Shown: positions 22,955 through 35,486 of the stretch, piece after piece | Numbering within the stretch: the first letter of the stretch is position 1 | Layout of the letters: the number at the start of each line of letters is the position of its first letter | Assembly (NCBI GenBank): GCA_951406725.2 | Contig: OX597821.1 | Coordinates: 25,854,001 to 25,918,000, forward strand | From: Octopus vulgaris | Taxonomy: Eukaryota | DNA length: 64,000 nucleotides | Direction of reading: 5' to 3' | Translations under genes and position numbers: made by a program | The notes under the pieces: model-generated | The model's input: the letters and a program-made list of their open reading frames with translations, nothing else | The model's database searches: none | What the model was told of the DNA's origin: nothing

Positions 22955-23219
22955 AACAACAAACAAGGTGTCAAATGTAAATAATGTACATAATTCTTCA
23001 TCTCTCAAATATAGAACTGTTGGAAGCAAGATATCACATACATCTGCCAAGGGAAGAAAGTGTTAGATAAAAATTTATCAATGTTTCATAGTGTGAAGAT
23101 GAGAGTTGTGAATGTTTCAGATTGCATAGCAGTATGCTTCTTTTCAGTTTAAGTGGAAAGAAAGTAGTGACATTGTTATATCCTCGCCATCAAAGCGGCG
23201 GCAGTGATAGAAATCTTGA

Positions 23220-23440
23220 CCCTTTAGTATTCAGATTACTCTGTCAAATGTAATTCTTATTTATTCACGTTGTCTTGAATTAACCATGCATTATCTTGTA
23301 GTTTGGGGATTTTAACGAAGTAATTGACTATTTTTAGAATGCCTTTGTAGGGTAAATGTGAGAAGCCAGATCTGGTTGGTTTCAACAGAAAAATATTTAG
23401 AATATTTGGGCGGGATGCAGCTAGTACAAACGCTAAAGAG
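23220..23440. mobile_element. TTAA-targeting (piggyBac-like) MITE, diverged
   Basis: ccctttag...ctaaagag-ttaa termini; homologous to 33648-33868. Confidence 0.75.
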
Positions 23441-23885
23441 TTAAACAAATGAATCATGCCTTGAAAATAGCTGAGTTTTTGTAAAGTTAGAACAGGAAAG
23501 AATTAGCTTGGATAAAATGCAATTTTGCTTTGTGCCAAATTGTAGAACCATAGCAACTATATTTTCAGTTAGACAACTGCACAAAAAAAATTCTTTGAAT
23601 TTATTGATCTGTGAAAGACATTTGGCAGTATCTTTCACTCTGTAGCCTGGTGAATGCCACTGAAACTAGTTCTATATAAATGTCTTCTGAGTAGCAAGTA
23701 AACCATGTACAGGATGGTTGTTATAAGTTAGGTTTACTGCCTAGATAAAGTAGGAATTTGGTGTAGAAGGAGATCCTGACATGGTTCTGCAACCACAATT
23801 TCTTTTATTTATTATAGTTATTGGACCTATAACATAAGAGTTTAGGTCCACTGTTCATGTGCACATATATTATATAAATAAGTAT

Positions 23886-24245
23886 AGGCGTAGCTGTGTG
23901 GTAAGAAGTTTGCTTCCCAGTCACATGGTTCTGGGTTCAGTCCCACTGCATGGCACCTTGGGCAAATGTCTTCTACTATAGCCTTGGGTTGACCAAAGCC
24001 TTGTGAGTGGATTTGATAGACAGAAACGGAAAGAAGCTTGTTGTATGTGTGTGTGTGTGTCTGTTTGTCCCCCTACTGTTGCTTGACAACTGATGTTAGT
24101 GTGTTTATGTTCTCTGTAACTTAACAGTTTGGCAAAAGGGACTGATAGAATAAGTATCAAGCTCACAAAGGATAAGTCCTGGGGTTGATGTGTTCGACTA
24201 AAATGCGGTGCTCCAGCATGGCTGCTGTCAAATGAGTGAAACGAA
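23886..24245 (+). mobile_element. CORE-type SINE
   Basis: Matches the 5559-5976 family. Confidence 0.88.
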
Positions 24246-24312
24246 TTAATATGAAATAAAAAAAAATATGTATATATACGAAGGTGAAAGATTTATCCAC
24301 TAGGGGTGAGGG

Positions 24313-24353
<41 letters not shown>

Positions 24354-24354
24354 T

Positions 24355-24690
24355 GAAGGTGCATGACTCAGTGTTTGGAGTGTCAAGCTTACAATGGTGA
24401 GGTTATGTGTTTGATTCCTGGACTGGGCTGTATGTTGTGTTCAAGAGTAAAGCACTTTATTTCATGTTGTTCCAGTTCACTCAGCTGTAGAAATGAGTTG
24501 CAACATCACTAATGCCAAGCTGTATCGGTCTTTGCCTTTCCCTTGGATAACAGTAGTGGCATGGAGAGGGGAGGCTGGTATGCATGAGTGACTGCTGGTC
24601 TTCCATAAACAACCTAGCCTAGACTTGTGCACTGGAAGGGAACTTTCTAGGTGCAATTTCATGGCCATTCATGACCAAAGGAGGTCTTTG
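24355..24690 (+). mobile_element. tRNA-derived SINE
   Basis: gaaggtgcatgactcagtg head; closely similar to 55980-56288. Confidence 0.8.
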
Positions 24691-24694
24691 CTTT

Positions 24695-24895
24695 ATCATC
24701 ATCATCATCATCAACATCATCGTTTAACGTCCGTTCTCCATGCTAGCATGGGTTGGATGGTTCGACCGGGGATCTGGGAAGCCAGAAGGCTGCACCAGGC
24801 TCCAGTCTGATCTGGCAATGTTTCTACAACTGGATGCCCTTCCTAACGCCAACCACTCCGTGAGTGTAGTGGGTGCTTTTTACGTGCCACCTGCA
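24695..24895 (-). mobile_element. RTE-tailed retroposon, 5'-truncated
   Basis: (ATC)n gtttaacgtccg...tggatgcccttcctaacgcc...ggtgctttttacgtgccacc. Confidence 0.88.
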
Positions 24896-24904
24896 CAGAG
24901 ATGC

Positions 24905-24956
<52 letters not shown>

Positions 24957-26023
24957 TGTGATAGTTGAGTCCATCAGGATTGTAGAAATAAATTTAAACA
25001 TAGGAGCATGTCCACAGCAGTCACAAGCAAACTGGCCTGTAGGACATTCTGAATAGCACACCCATGAAAAATTACCTTAAATCATTTGAGTGTTGTGGCC
25101 TGCCTGATGATGATCCATGTCTCATGCAACCCACACCTTCAAAAAGGTTACCTATGTCAGGTCTAGAGATTGAAGGCTGAAAAGACAGAGACCAAATTGC
25201 TCCTTAGTAAGAGTAAGCACAAAATCCTTGTGTCATTTGGGCAGGGTACTTGCTCAAAGGAGTAGACAGAAACTCAATACAGTGCAAAAAGAAAGGGCCA
25301 TTTTAGAACCAGAACTTCAGATGTGATAGATGTGCAGGGATAATAATAGTTAAATCATTTGTAAAATGGTAAAATCAATCAACTGTTCAGGTAATGTATA
25401 TTGATAGTTTTTGTTTTTAAAGTGATCTAATTAGTATTTAGGGTTGGCTGTAGTGATGGTGTTGCAGTTAGAATAATAATTGTTTTGTTTAATGTCTGTC
25501 TGTGCTGGTATGTTTTACACTGGATTAATAGAGGTAGGATTTTTATGATCTGATGATCTTGTCATCAACACTTACCTCTTTTTCAGTGAGAGATCTTTAT
25601 TTTACTCCTGAGGAACTTAAAAGTGCAGAGCTTGTGGACAGTTTGTTGACATGAAATATCAACAAATGGCACCTTTTGCAACCTAAGGCTAGCTTAGTTT
25701 GTAAATATTCATACATATGCACACATATCCGCACACACATACACACACATACAAAAGAGGCTTTAGAGACTGTTTGCACATGTTGACAGCAAAAGGGTCT
25801 TCCTTCTGTGTAAAAGATAAACTCTATGAAGCATGTGTAAGTGTGATAGGACATGGTAGTGAAACACAAGATATGCATGAAGTATTGAATGTAAATGGTA
25901 TGTAGAGGTGGGAGAGAAATGTGTGTATGTTATGGATGAGGAATGTTAACCTACATGAGAGATGTTGGACATAGGTGAATTGAGAAAATGCCTGAATAGG
26001 GAATATATCAGCTGATATATATA

Positions 26024-26900
26024 TACGTGGTCTGATCAACAAGTATCTGGAACGTTGCCATAATAACGAATCTAAAGCACACAGAGTAAAGCCACTTGGC
26101 ACAGATTGACCTTGAACTCTGCTGTGCATGTGCACTAAGTTTTAACATTGTAGCTCACTTTCACTGTTTACAGCAGTGCTTGGAAGGAAGGTGTGTAGCA
26201 TGTGATCATCGCCTTGGCCATGTCAGAGAAAGTTGAGCAGAGAATCTGCATCAAATTTTGCTAAAAGCTTGGTGATACCTGTTCAGAGGCTTACGCAAAG
26301 TTTTCATCATTCTTGACTCAATCAAAGAGATCTTGTGCAACTGAAACCCAAGTGTCTTCTTGGTCAGCTGAAAGCAGTTTTGGCACAAACTTGGCAGACA
26401 CGTGTCTCATACCCAAATCTTCAGTGATAATGGATGGAACTGAACCATAAATAATCTGCACATCCTCTGATAACTCATGGATGGTGATTCGACGATTTCC
26501 CCTCACAGCTCCATGCACATCTGCGATGTTTTTCTCAGTTCTGCTGGTTGTGGGTTTCCCAGTACACTTGTCAATATTGACATTTTTCGGCTATCTTGGA
26601 ATTGTCTGAACCACTCATACACTTGTGAGCAGCGCATCCATTCCTCCCCATACACTTTCTGCAACTTTGCTCCATGGCAATACCATGACAACTTTCTCTG
26701 TTATGGTCAATGTGATGATCACACACTACACACCTTCCTTCCAAGCACTGCTGTAAACAGTGGAAGTGAGCTAGAACATTAAAACTTAGTGCACATACAC
26801 ATCAGAGTTCAAGGTCAATCTTTGCCAAACAGTTTCACTCTGCATGCTTTAGCTTCGTTACTATGGCAACAGTCCAGATACTTATTGATTAGACCTCGTA
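26024..26900. mobile_element. Mariner-derived foldback MITE (two 5' ends in inverted orientation)
   Basis: About 200-bp inverted arms; MSEKVEQRICIKFC on +, and YGEEWMRCSQVYEWFRQF plus GNRRITIHELSE...LGMRHVSAKFVPKLL on -; TA-flanked. Confidence 0.85.
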
Positions 26901-27645
26901 TATATAAGAGTGGATTAGAAAAATTGTGTTAAATGGGCATTATCATCATGTTCTGTGCTGGTTTGACAAAATCCAGTGGGTCTAAGGATTGCATTAGGCT
27001 CCAGTGTCTGCTTTGGTTTCTTCCTAATGCCAGTCGCTTTACATCACGTACTGGGTGCTTTTTCTTTTTTTATGCTACCAACACTATTGAGGTCGCCATG
27101 CAGCTTGCAGAACCACAAACTCCAGGGTAGGGATTGATAGCTTTATGTTAGGAGACAAGGAATTAATAAAGTATGAGGGAAGGAACAAAATTCTGTCAGC
27201 AGTAGTTAGGTGCCCACAGAAGACAAAGACAAAGGAGCAAAGTGGTGAGATCAGATCCCAGAACACACAGCTTCACATAGGTGACAGGGAAATATTTGGA
27301 TGAATGGAGATTTGTTGTATGGCAGGCTTAGATATTTCAGACTTATGTTTCCCATGGTAAGCCAGCATGGAAACAATGGTAACGCCGCTGACGATGGTAG
27401 TGTATCACGGCTCATTGCATTTATCATATAATTATATAACCATTGAATCTGTATTGATAACCAATCCACTTGGTCGCTGTAACTCATATCCTTGGACCAT
27501 CTTCACTTCTGACCTTGGACCAGGTTCACTTCTAATATTGTCAACACTGTGTTTTCTGATTTAAAAAAAAACAGCACATTTTTTTTTATGTCTGCGGATG
27601 CTTACTGCTGTGCTATCTCCAGTGGCATCACTAGCTGTCACGATT

Positions 27646-27710
<65 letters not shown>

Positions 27711-28012
27711 ACCACCACTGCCGCTGCCATCATCGCCTTGGCCATGTCAGAGAAAGTTGAGCAGAGAATCTGCATCAAATTTTGCTAAAAGCTTGGTGAT
27801 ACCTGTTCAGAGGCCTACGCAGTTTTCAAAAACTACTACTACTACTACCACCACCACCACCAAACCACCACCACCACTACCACCACCACCACCACCACTA
27901 CTACTACTAACCACCACCACCGCTGCCACTACTACTACTACTACTACTAACCACCACCGCCGCTGCCACTACTACTACTACTACTACTACTCACCACCAC
28001 CACTATTACTAT
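27646..28012. repeat. (CTA)n/(CCA)n microsatellite containing a 100-bp mariner-derived insert
   Basis: Direct inspection; 27729-27828 is nearly identical to 26205-26306. Confidence 0.9.
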
Positions 28013-28294
28013 AATAATCACTACTGCTGTACTATGACTTAATCATCGCATCTAGATAAGATACTGCAGTACTAAATAACCTGAGCGGTACTGCAGTATT
28101 ACACCCAGACTAGTGATAATTTACTCGTAGTGCTGCAGTATCTTACCTGCACAGGTGATAACTAATTTATAGTATTGCCATACCCGAGACATCTTGATTA
28201 TGATCAACGTCCGACCTAGTCTGTTCAACAACCATTTAGTTAATAATATTGTCTAACTGTTATCAGTCAATAATGTTAATAATTTGGAGAAGCT

Positions 28295-29012
28295 ATGGCT
28301 GAGTGGTTAGGCAGTTTGCTTCTGAAGCACCTGTTTTTGTTCAGTCCCACTATGTGGCAAGTGTCTTCTAATATAGTAGTGGCAATCCCTTAAGGTCGAG
28401 GATGATGGTCTTCGCACAAATTTACTGGTAAGTCCACAGGTGACTGATAAGACCAATTCTTGCTCGAAAAGATCGGTCACAGTGCAGACATCTAGTGCCG
28501 GAAGGGAGAGTCGCATGTGGTTGTTGTTGGCGCTCCTTCCGTCATCGTCTTTTCTCCTCCAGCTCTGCAGACCTTTTCGACTCGAAAGTCGCCGTTCCCT
28601 CATGGATGGTGGTTTTCCAGAGTGGTCTGTTTTTTGCCGTTTCCTCCCAGTTAGTGAAGTCTTCTAATATACCCTTGACTGACCAAAGCCTTGTGAGTGG
28701 ATTTGGTACATGGAAACTGTAAGAAGCCTATTGTATACATACATGAATGTGTGTGTGTGTGTGTGTGTTTGTTTGTTCCCCCTTGTCTTGACATCATGTG
28801 ATAGTTGCAAGCTAGTATCACGATCATGTAAGTAGTGTCGTTTGTTTTCATTCTTCTATGAAAACATGTTCGGCCAAGGTGAGATATTAGCTTACCTGCA
28901 AACAGCTGAGCGTTGGCAGCAGGGAGAACACCTGGGCATGGAAATATTTGCCTCAACAAATTCTGTCTCACTCATACATGCATGTGAACATAGACATTAA
29001 AGTGCTGATGAC
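28295..29012 (+). mobile_element. CORE-type SINE variant (RTE-type tail) split by an RTE fragment
   Basis: Head at 28295-28375; resumes at 28672 with gaccaaagccttgtgagtgg. Confidence 0.75.
28376..28658 (-). mobile_element. 5'-truncated RTE/BovB-like LINE 3' end with 13-bp TSD
   Basis: WEETAKNRPLWKTTIHEG...CLHCDRSFRARIGLISHL; TSD gtcttctaatata at 28363-28375 and 28659-28671. Confidence 0.88.
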
Positions 29013-29064
29013 AGTTAATAATTAAGGCGAAGTAAATAGTTAAGACTAACGAGTCATTCTAGAT

Positions 29065-29283
29065 CAGTGCTTTTCAAACTTTTTGCTGAAGCGGAACCCC
29101 AAGGAAACGTTCCACTGGCTCGAGGAACCCCTGTGCAATAATTTAATTGTCTTATGCACACATATCTGCACAGGAGAATTAAAAATTACTGTCGATTTTA
29201 GCATTTTTGTTACTTCTTGCGGAACCCATGGACTGTACTGGCGGAACCCTAAGGTTCCACGGAACCCTGGTTGAAAACCACTG
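29065..29283. mobile_element. hAT (Charlie-like) MITE, 219 bp
   Basis: Reverse-complement copy of 1664-1882; 8-bp TSD ttctagat. Confidence 0.92.
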
Positions 29284-29493
29284 TTCTAGATAGTTTATGA
29301 TGTCTAGTTTGGTGCTTCACAATTGAACTACCACACAGCTTGACTTGTTATTTTCATTCCTTCACTGCAAATAAAATACATACAAAGGATGTTGATTAAG
29401 GTATTGATTATAAAGCCACCTCTAACACAAAGAGAAGTAAACTTATTTTAATGAATCTCATTGACTTACTCAGTCAGATTCATTAAAATGCCA

Positions 29494-29893
29494 CTCTTTT
29501 ACTTGTTTCAGTCATGTGACTGTGGCCATGCTGGAGCATCGCCTTTAGTCGAGCAAATCGACCCTAGGACTTATTCTTTGTAAGCCTAGTACTTATTCTA
29601 TCTGTCTCTTTTGCCGAACCGCTAAGTTACAGGGACTTAAACACACCAGCATCGGTTGTCAAGTGATGGTGGAGGGACAAACACAGACACACAAACACAC
29701 ACAGGCATATATATATATATACATATATACAACGGGCTTCTTTCAGTTTCCGTCTACCAAATCCACTCTCAAGGCTTTGGTCGGCCCGAGGCTATAGTAG
29801 AAGACACTTGCCCAAGGTGCCACGCAGTGGGACTGAACCCGGAACCATGTGGTTCGTAAGCAAGCTACTTACCACACAGCCCCTCCTATGCCT
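29494..29893 (-). mobile_element. CORE-type SINE
   Basis: Reverse complement of the 5559-5976 family. Confidence 0.9.
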
Positions 29894-30360
29894 GCTACTA
29901 AACATTTTGCTAACACTTCTGCCAGTTCTCTATCTTAAAAAAACTTAGAACTAGCAAATCAGTGGCATTCCAACCATGACCATCCTTCCTTCTATTCAGA
30001 TACAGTGTGTTTAAGATTTCAATACTGAATGTCTTTTTTTTCATGTAAGACAGTAAGATCTGATTTGAGTGTGACTTGATTGATATTTCTTACAAGTCAA
30101 GCAACCAGATAGCCTCCTTTGTTGGCAAAGTAGTGAGAAATCTGGTTGAGTGACCAGTAATTAAATCTTGAAATGAATTATGTATTTCATTATATAACAT
30201 ATGGTACAATCTGTTATATATATATCTACATATATATATTTATTGTTTCAACATTTCAAGAAAGACTGTTTTAAGTTAAAACCTAAGTTGAGCTTTTTTT
30301 TGTACTTTTTTTCTGTTGAGAGACATTTCTTTTGTTTCAATAAATTTTGTCATTATCAAG

Positions 30361-30456
30361 CTGGTGTTCGGAGCATAAAATTTGGATGGAAATTTTTAAT
30401 TTAGACCATTCTAAGACTATGGTTTATATCATAGAACCAAAAGTGATCTCTGGAAG
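30361..30456 (+). CDS. Candidate exon (xWCSEHKIWMEIFNLDHSKTMVYIIEPKVISG)
   Basis: 96 nt open frame after a U-rich tract and aag; AG|gttggt donor. Confidence 0.35.
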
Positions 30457-30585
30457 GTTGGTACCAAAAAGCCATGTGATCAGAAATTGTGATTTTCAAG
30501 TCTTTAAACTTTCTTTGAATCTCATCTAGCTTTCACATACTCCCTGTTATAGGTGTGAATCTTGGAAATATCCTGTTCTTTACAG

Positions 30586-30839
30586 CAGCAATCCCCAACC
30601 ACCAGGCCATGGACCGGTACTGAGCCACACAAAAAGAATAACTTTTGAAATTCTATTTCTATTTTATTTACTATCACAGTCTTCAGGGTGTTTTTGCATT
30701 ATATATGTATTATATATTGGTTATGTTGATTATATATTATGCACTTCATTGTGTTTTGTTATGCGCATGATGACTTGGTTTCTGGAAAAATTGTCTAGCG
30801 TGAAATTGTCCATGGTATTGAAAAGGCTGGGGACTTCTG
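30586..30839. mobile_element. hAT-type MITE, diverged
   Basis: TIRs cagcaatccccaacc / ggctggggacttctg; partial TSD ..tacag. Confidence 0.7.
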
Positions 30840-30879
30840 TCATACAGTTTAACAAGGAGGTTCTAACATCCATCACATA

Positions 30880-31172
30880 TGTTTGTTGTTTGTTCCTTCT
30901 CGAGCCATGCCTGGCTCATAAGGGCCGGTTTCTTGGTGTATAGGTTCCCCACCTGGACAGGACGCCAGTCCATCGCAGGTGAGCTTCAAGATGCTGGAGG
31001 AAAGAGTGAGAGAAAGTTGTGGCGAAAGAATCAGCAGAAGTTTCGCCATTACCTTCTGCCGGAGCTTAGTTGTTTCGCTCATAAACACACACATTGTCCG
31101 GTCTGAGATTCGAACCCACGATCTCTCGACCGCGAGTCCGCTGCTCTAACCACTAGGCCATGTGCCTCCACA
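30880..31172 (-). mobile_element. tRNA-derived SINE (V-like segment)
   Basis: Closely similar to 43728-44036. Confidence 0.88.
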
Positions 31173-31585
31173 CATCCATCACACATCATGATAGTTGAGT
31201 TCCTGATTATATGTTCTCCTCAACAATCTTCAGGGAATGATTAAATAAGTTTAGTAGTTCTTCCTTGGCAGACCAGTTTTATCCATCTAGAAAGATAACA
31301 GTTGTTAAATTCACTGTTCATTTATTTATTGAAGATTCAAAATTGCAATTTGTTGCCTGGTCACTGATAGTTTTACAACAGTGGAAGTGTCAGTATTCAG
31401 GTCACAGTTGCATGACAAAAATTTTCGGCAGTCTCGAGAAATAAGATGGAATGTGACTTTAAGAGGTTTTGAACTATTGAATAGCTAAAATGGCTCTTTC
31501 ATCCACAATGCAATCGTATTATTTTCAACACATGGTCTCAGATCAAGTCACTCAGATGACAAGTACAGCTCTGAAATAAGTATTC

Positions 31586-31965
31586 TTTATTCTCTTACTT
31601 GTTTCAGTCTTTTGACTGCGGCCATGCTGGAACAAAACCTTAAAGGGTTTTTAATGCATATTCTATCAGTCTCTTTTGCCAAACTGCTAAGTTACAGGGA
31701 CTTAAACACACCAACACCGGTTGTTAAGCGATGGTGTTAGAGCAAATGCAGACACACACATATAAATACACACACACACACACACACACACACATATGTA
31801 TGATGGGCTTCTTTTAGTTTCTGTCTACCAAATACTTTCACACGGCTTTGATTGGCCCGAGGATATAGTAGAAAACGTTTGCCCATGGTGCCACACAGTG
31901 GGACTGAACCTGGAACCATGTGGTTGAGAAGCAAACTTCTTACCACACAGCCACTCCTGTGCCTA
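31586..31965 (-). mobile_element. CORE-type SINE, diverged
   Basis: Reverse complement of the 5559-5976 family. Confidence 0.85.
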
Positions 31966-32014
31966 CAGTATGTTTACACATATTTATAGAAAATAAATCA
32001 CAATTATAAGTGCA

Positions 32015-32015
32015 G

Positions 32016-32089
<74 letters not shown>
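32015..32089. repeat. (TAC)n microsatellite
   Basis: Direct inspection. Confidence 0.95.
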
Positions 32090-32630
32090 GCAAACAATAT
32101 GAGCAGTCTTATTTATTCACATTGTTTTGAATTAACCATACATTGTCTTGCAACTGCAAGATTTTGATGAAGGCATTGTATATTTTTAGAATAACATTGT
32201 AGGGTATGTGTGAGAGGTTGAGTCTGGTCAGTTATAGCATAAAATGGGTGGAATATTTGGGTAGAATATGACCAGTATAAAATGCTTAAGGGTTAGTAGA
32301 GATTTTCAAAATGAATTAAACAAACCTGGAAGCTCATTGATTATAACGAGGTTACATATGGGAGGAATTTATAGAATGGCTATTGCTGTTTTTCTCTTCC
32401 GATTACAAAGAGCAGGTATGCAAGGAAGCAGATTACTTTGTTATAGCTTTGTTAGAAGAGGAAAGGCTGTGCCAATGGACCATTTTCAGGGCTTCCATGA
32501 GTGTTGTGAGGAAAGGAAAAAAATGGAGACTTGGCATGAATAGTTACAATGAAGTGGGTCCTACTATAGTCACTCAAAAGCCAGGTGTGGCGTTAAAGTA
32601 GGTACCTGATTAACTCTTTAGCATTCAGAT

Positions 32631-32816
32631 TTTTTACTTGTTTCAGTCATTTGACTGCAGCCATGCTGGAGCACTGCCTTTAGTCGAGCAAATCAACCCC
32701 CAGGACTTATTCTTTGTAAGCCTAGTACTTATTCTATTGGTCTCTTTTGCTGAACCGCTTAGTTATGGGGACGTAAACATGCCAGCATCTGTTGTCAAGC
32801 AATGTTGGGGGGACAG

Positions 32817-32877
<61 letters not shown>

Positions 32878-33041
32878 TATGACCGGCTTCTTTCAGTTTC
32901 CGTCTACCTAATCGACTCACAAGGCTTTGGTCGGCCTGAGGCTATAGTAGAAGACACTTGCCCAAGGTGCCACGCAGTGGGACTGAACTCGAGGCCAAGT
33001 GGCTGGTAAGCAAGCTACTTACCACACAGCCTTTCCTGTGC
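32631..33041 (-). mobile_element. CORE-type SINE
   Basis: Reverse complement of the 5559-5976 family. Confidence 0.9.
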
Positions 33042-33647
33042 TTATATTAAGAATTTTTTTAATACAATTCCTAATTAATATTCTGTTGTGTCTGGGGAAA
33101 ATCATTTTCTTTTTGTGCCTTATAATATCACTCACTGGTAAAATTTCCACTTTTTTTCTTATTTTTATTTTCCTAAAATTTTCGTTGCATTTTGCAGCCT
33201 TTTAGGATTTTTTAAACATCAAATGGTTATGAGAGCCCTCAAGGGGGTCCATAGGAAAAAATGGTTGAGAACCATACTTAGACAAACACTGAAGTGATTA
33301 TAGAATGATAGTGTAGTCAAGACAGAATAGTTAGTGATTGGAAACAGTTACTTTTGATAGATAGTGTAGACAAACACTTGAGATTGGAGACAGACTGTGT
33401 TGTCTGTAGGAAGACTCTACAGACAAAAGATGCAATGTTGTGAATGCTAATGTGCTGAGAAAATAATTTGGTATAAGAGGTCAATAACAGATTGTCGTGT
33501 AAAATGTATGATGCAGGCAGAAAGAAAACATTTCTTTCAGATTGTTTTGGAAGACACTTCTGATTCTAGTACACCAAAGAAGTCCTGAAAAGAATTAGAT
33601 GAGATAGATCTAAGAACAATAGGCTTCACAGAGGAAATGATAATTAA

Positions 33648-33868
33648 CCCTTTAGCATTTAGACCGGCCATATCCGGCCAAAAGTATTCTGCCTGTTTTA
33701 TGTTCAAACTGGACAGATCTGGTCTCTCACACCAACCCTACAATATCATTTTAAAAATTAACAGCTACCTCATCAAAATCTCATAGTTAGAAGATAATGC
33801 ATGATTAGTTAAAAACAATGTGGATGAAAAAGGATTAATTTTAGCAGAATAATGCGAACACTAAAGGG
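33648..33868. mobile_element. TTAA-targeting (piggyBac-like) MITE
   Basis: TTAA-ccctttag...ctaaaggg-TTAA. Confidence 0.85.
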
Positions 33869-34199
33869 TTAAATTGAAGCACAGGGAGATGTGTTTGCAT
33901 TATAGATCCATTTAACCCATAGCACCACTGAAAAAAACAAAAATCCCCAAAACATTCAAACCAGGCATGGGCAACCTTTTTTTTTTGAGAAGTGCACCAA
34001 ATGAAACATGCCACATTGTCTGGTGGACTGTACTTCTAAAAAGCTTCGAAGTAAGTTTTTGTTTAGTTTGCAATTCAGAAAGTACTGTCCATGACTGGTT
34101 TAAACAACAATGGGAAATGATGATGATAGTGATGATGGTGGTGGTGGTTGTTGTTGTTGTCTTTATCAACTACTGTTATACTTTTTTTTTTCTTTTTAG

Positions 34200-34301
34200 G
34201 GCCATGAAAATCTCAGTTATCTTCAGAGAAAGTTTTGTCAGCAACTCAAAACCCAGAAGAAAGAAGAAAACAGAAGTGTGTCTTGGGAATGCAAAGAAAT
34301 G
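34200..34301 (+). CDS. Candidate exon (GHENLSYLQRKFCQQLKTQKKEENRSVSWECKEM, or alternative frame AMKISVIFRESF...)
   Basis: Very strong polypyrimidine tract with tag acceptor, 102 nt, gtatag donor; two frames are open. Confidence 0.4.
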
Positions 34302-34911
34302 GTATAGTTCATTTGGCATTTGTTCTTAGTTGCAATAATATTTGCAGAGAAGCAACAGATGATGAATATCTCTCAAGTTATTAATATCATTATATTATAA
34401 ACTGCTTTTAATCCTGTATACACATTTTCCTGTGACAGAAGACATGCTCCTAGAAACTTTCATCTTGACATTTCATACATCAAACTCATATCTCAGAGCC
34501 AGTGATGTCTTAAATAGCCATCGCTTCTAGCTAGCTGCTTCTCTGCTATTCTTTATATCCTCAATTATAATTACATATAACATGTGTTCTAGGTGTGGCT
34601 GTGTGGTAAGAAGCTTGCTTCCCAACCACATGGTTCTGGGTTCAGCCCCACTGAAACATTAAAAGAAAAGAATATATATATATATATATATTATTATAAA
34701 AGGGTAAAATCAATAATAATTTTGCCAGGCAGTCAGTGCGAAAAAAAACAACTCATAGGTAAATTTTACAAAATATTTTATAATTATATACATAATTATA
34801 ATAATTATAACAAGGGATCGGTTTTACGCCTCACCACGCACTGCAAGAAATAGATGCTAAAACCCCTATTACCACCTTTTGTTTTCAGTGAATTTGAACT
34901 ATATATATATA

Positions 34912-35087
34912 TTAGCCACTACACACATTTTTTTCTCTCCTTGTTTTTTCTGTGTCCCTTTCTGTAGAAGAGCGTAGGCTCGAAACGTAAAAGACTTTTT
35001 CTTTTCTTGAGCGTTATACTAATACATCTGTTTGTTTTGTACACCACCTGTCTTCGTCTTTTGTTTTTTTTCGTAAACTTTCCCGAT
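34912..35087 (+). mobile_element. TA-inserted fragment with hammerhead-like motif (probable Penelope-like pseudo-LTR)
   Basis: Flanked by (TA)n; CUUU CUGUAGA A GAGC guag GCUC GAAA C GUA AAAG at 34958-34993. Confidence 0.55.
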
Positions 35088-35102
35088 ATATATATATATA
35101 AC

Positions 35103-35395
35103 CCACCTTTTATCAATTCAACTGTGAAAAAATTTAATTATACCATATAGAAAAAAATTACATGCTAAAGAAAAAAATTAAATATATGATAAAATCATAT
35201 ACCAATGATTACGTTTTACCAAATTTATACCAAATATATACGTATTTACCATATATATACATTTTATTTATTATTTTGTACTTTACTTAATCATTGGTAT
35301 ATGTTTTTATCATATATTTAATTTTTTCTTTAGGATGTAATTTTTTTCTGTATGGTATAATTAAATTTTTTCATTGTTGAATTGATAAAAGGTGG
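35103..35395. repeat. AT-rich inverted repeat, about 109-bp arms and 76-bp spacer
   Basis: 35103-35211 versus 35288-35395. Confidence 0.9.
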
Positions 35396-35486
35396 TTTAT
35401 TTCTAATTTATATATATTATATTTTGTGAAATTTGATTTAGTATTTCTAAATTGAATTTTTCCCTCTAAGTTTGGAATTATATTCC

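Larger units (their letters stand above)
22220..23021 (+). mobile_element. 5'-truncated Penelope-like element with inverted pseudo-LTR
   Basis: GIY-YIG remnant CVYSFPCSCGRLYKGETCRALKIRV; about 22220-22345 is the reverse complement of about 22884-22995; TSD ggaagc[g/a]agat at 22209-22219 and 23022-23032. Confidence 0.88.

Noticed and set aside
28020-28200. Repeated tactgcagta palindromes as a regular array
   Set aside because: Only three to four degenerate copies with irregular spacing; low-complexity decay
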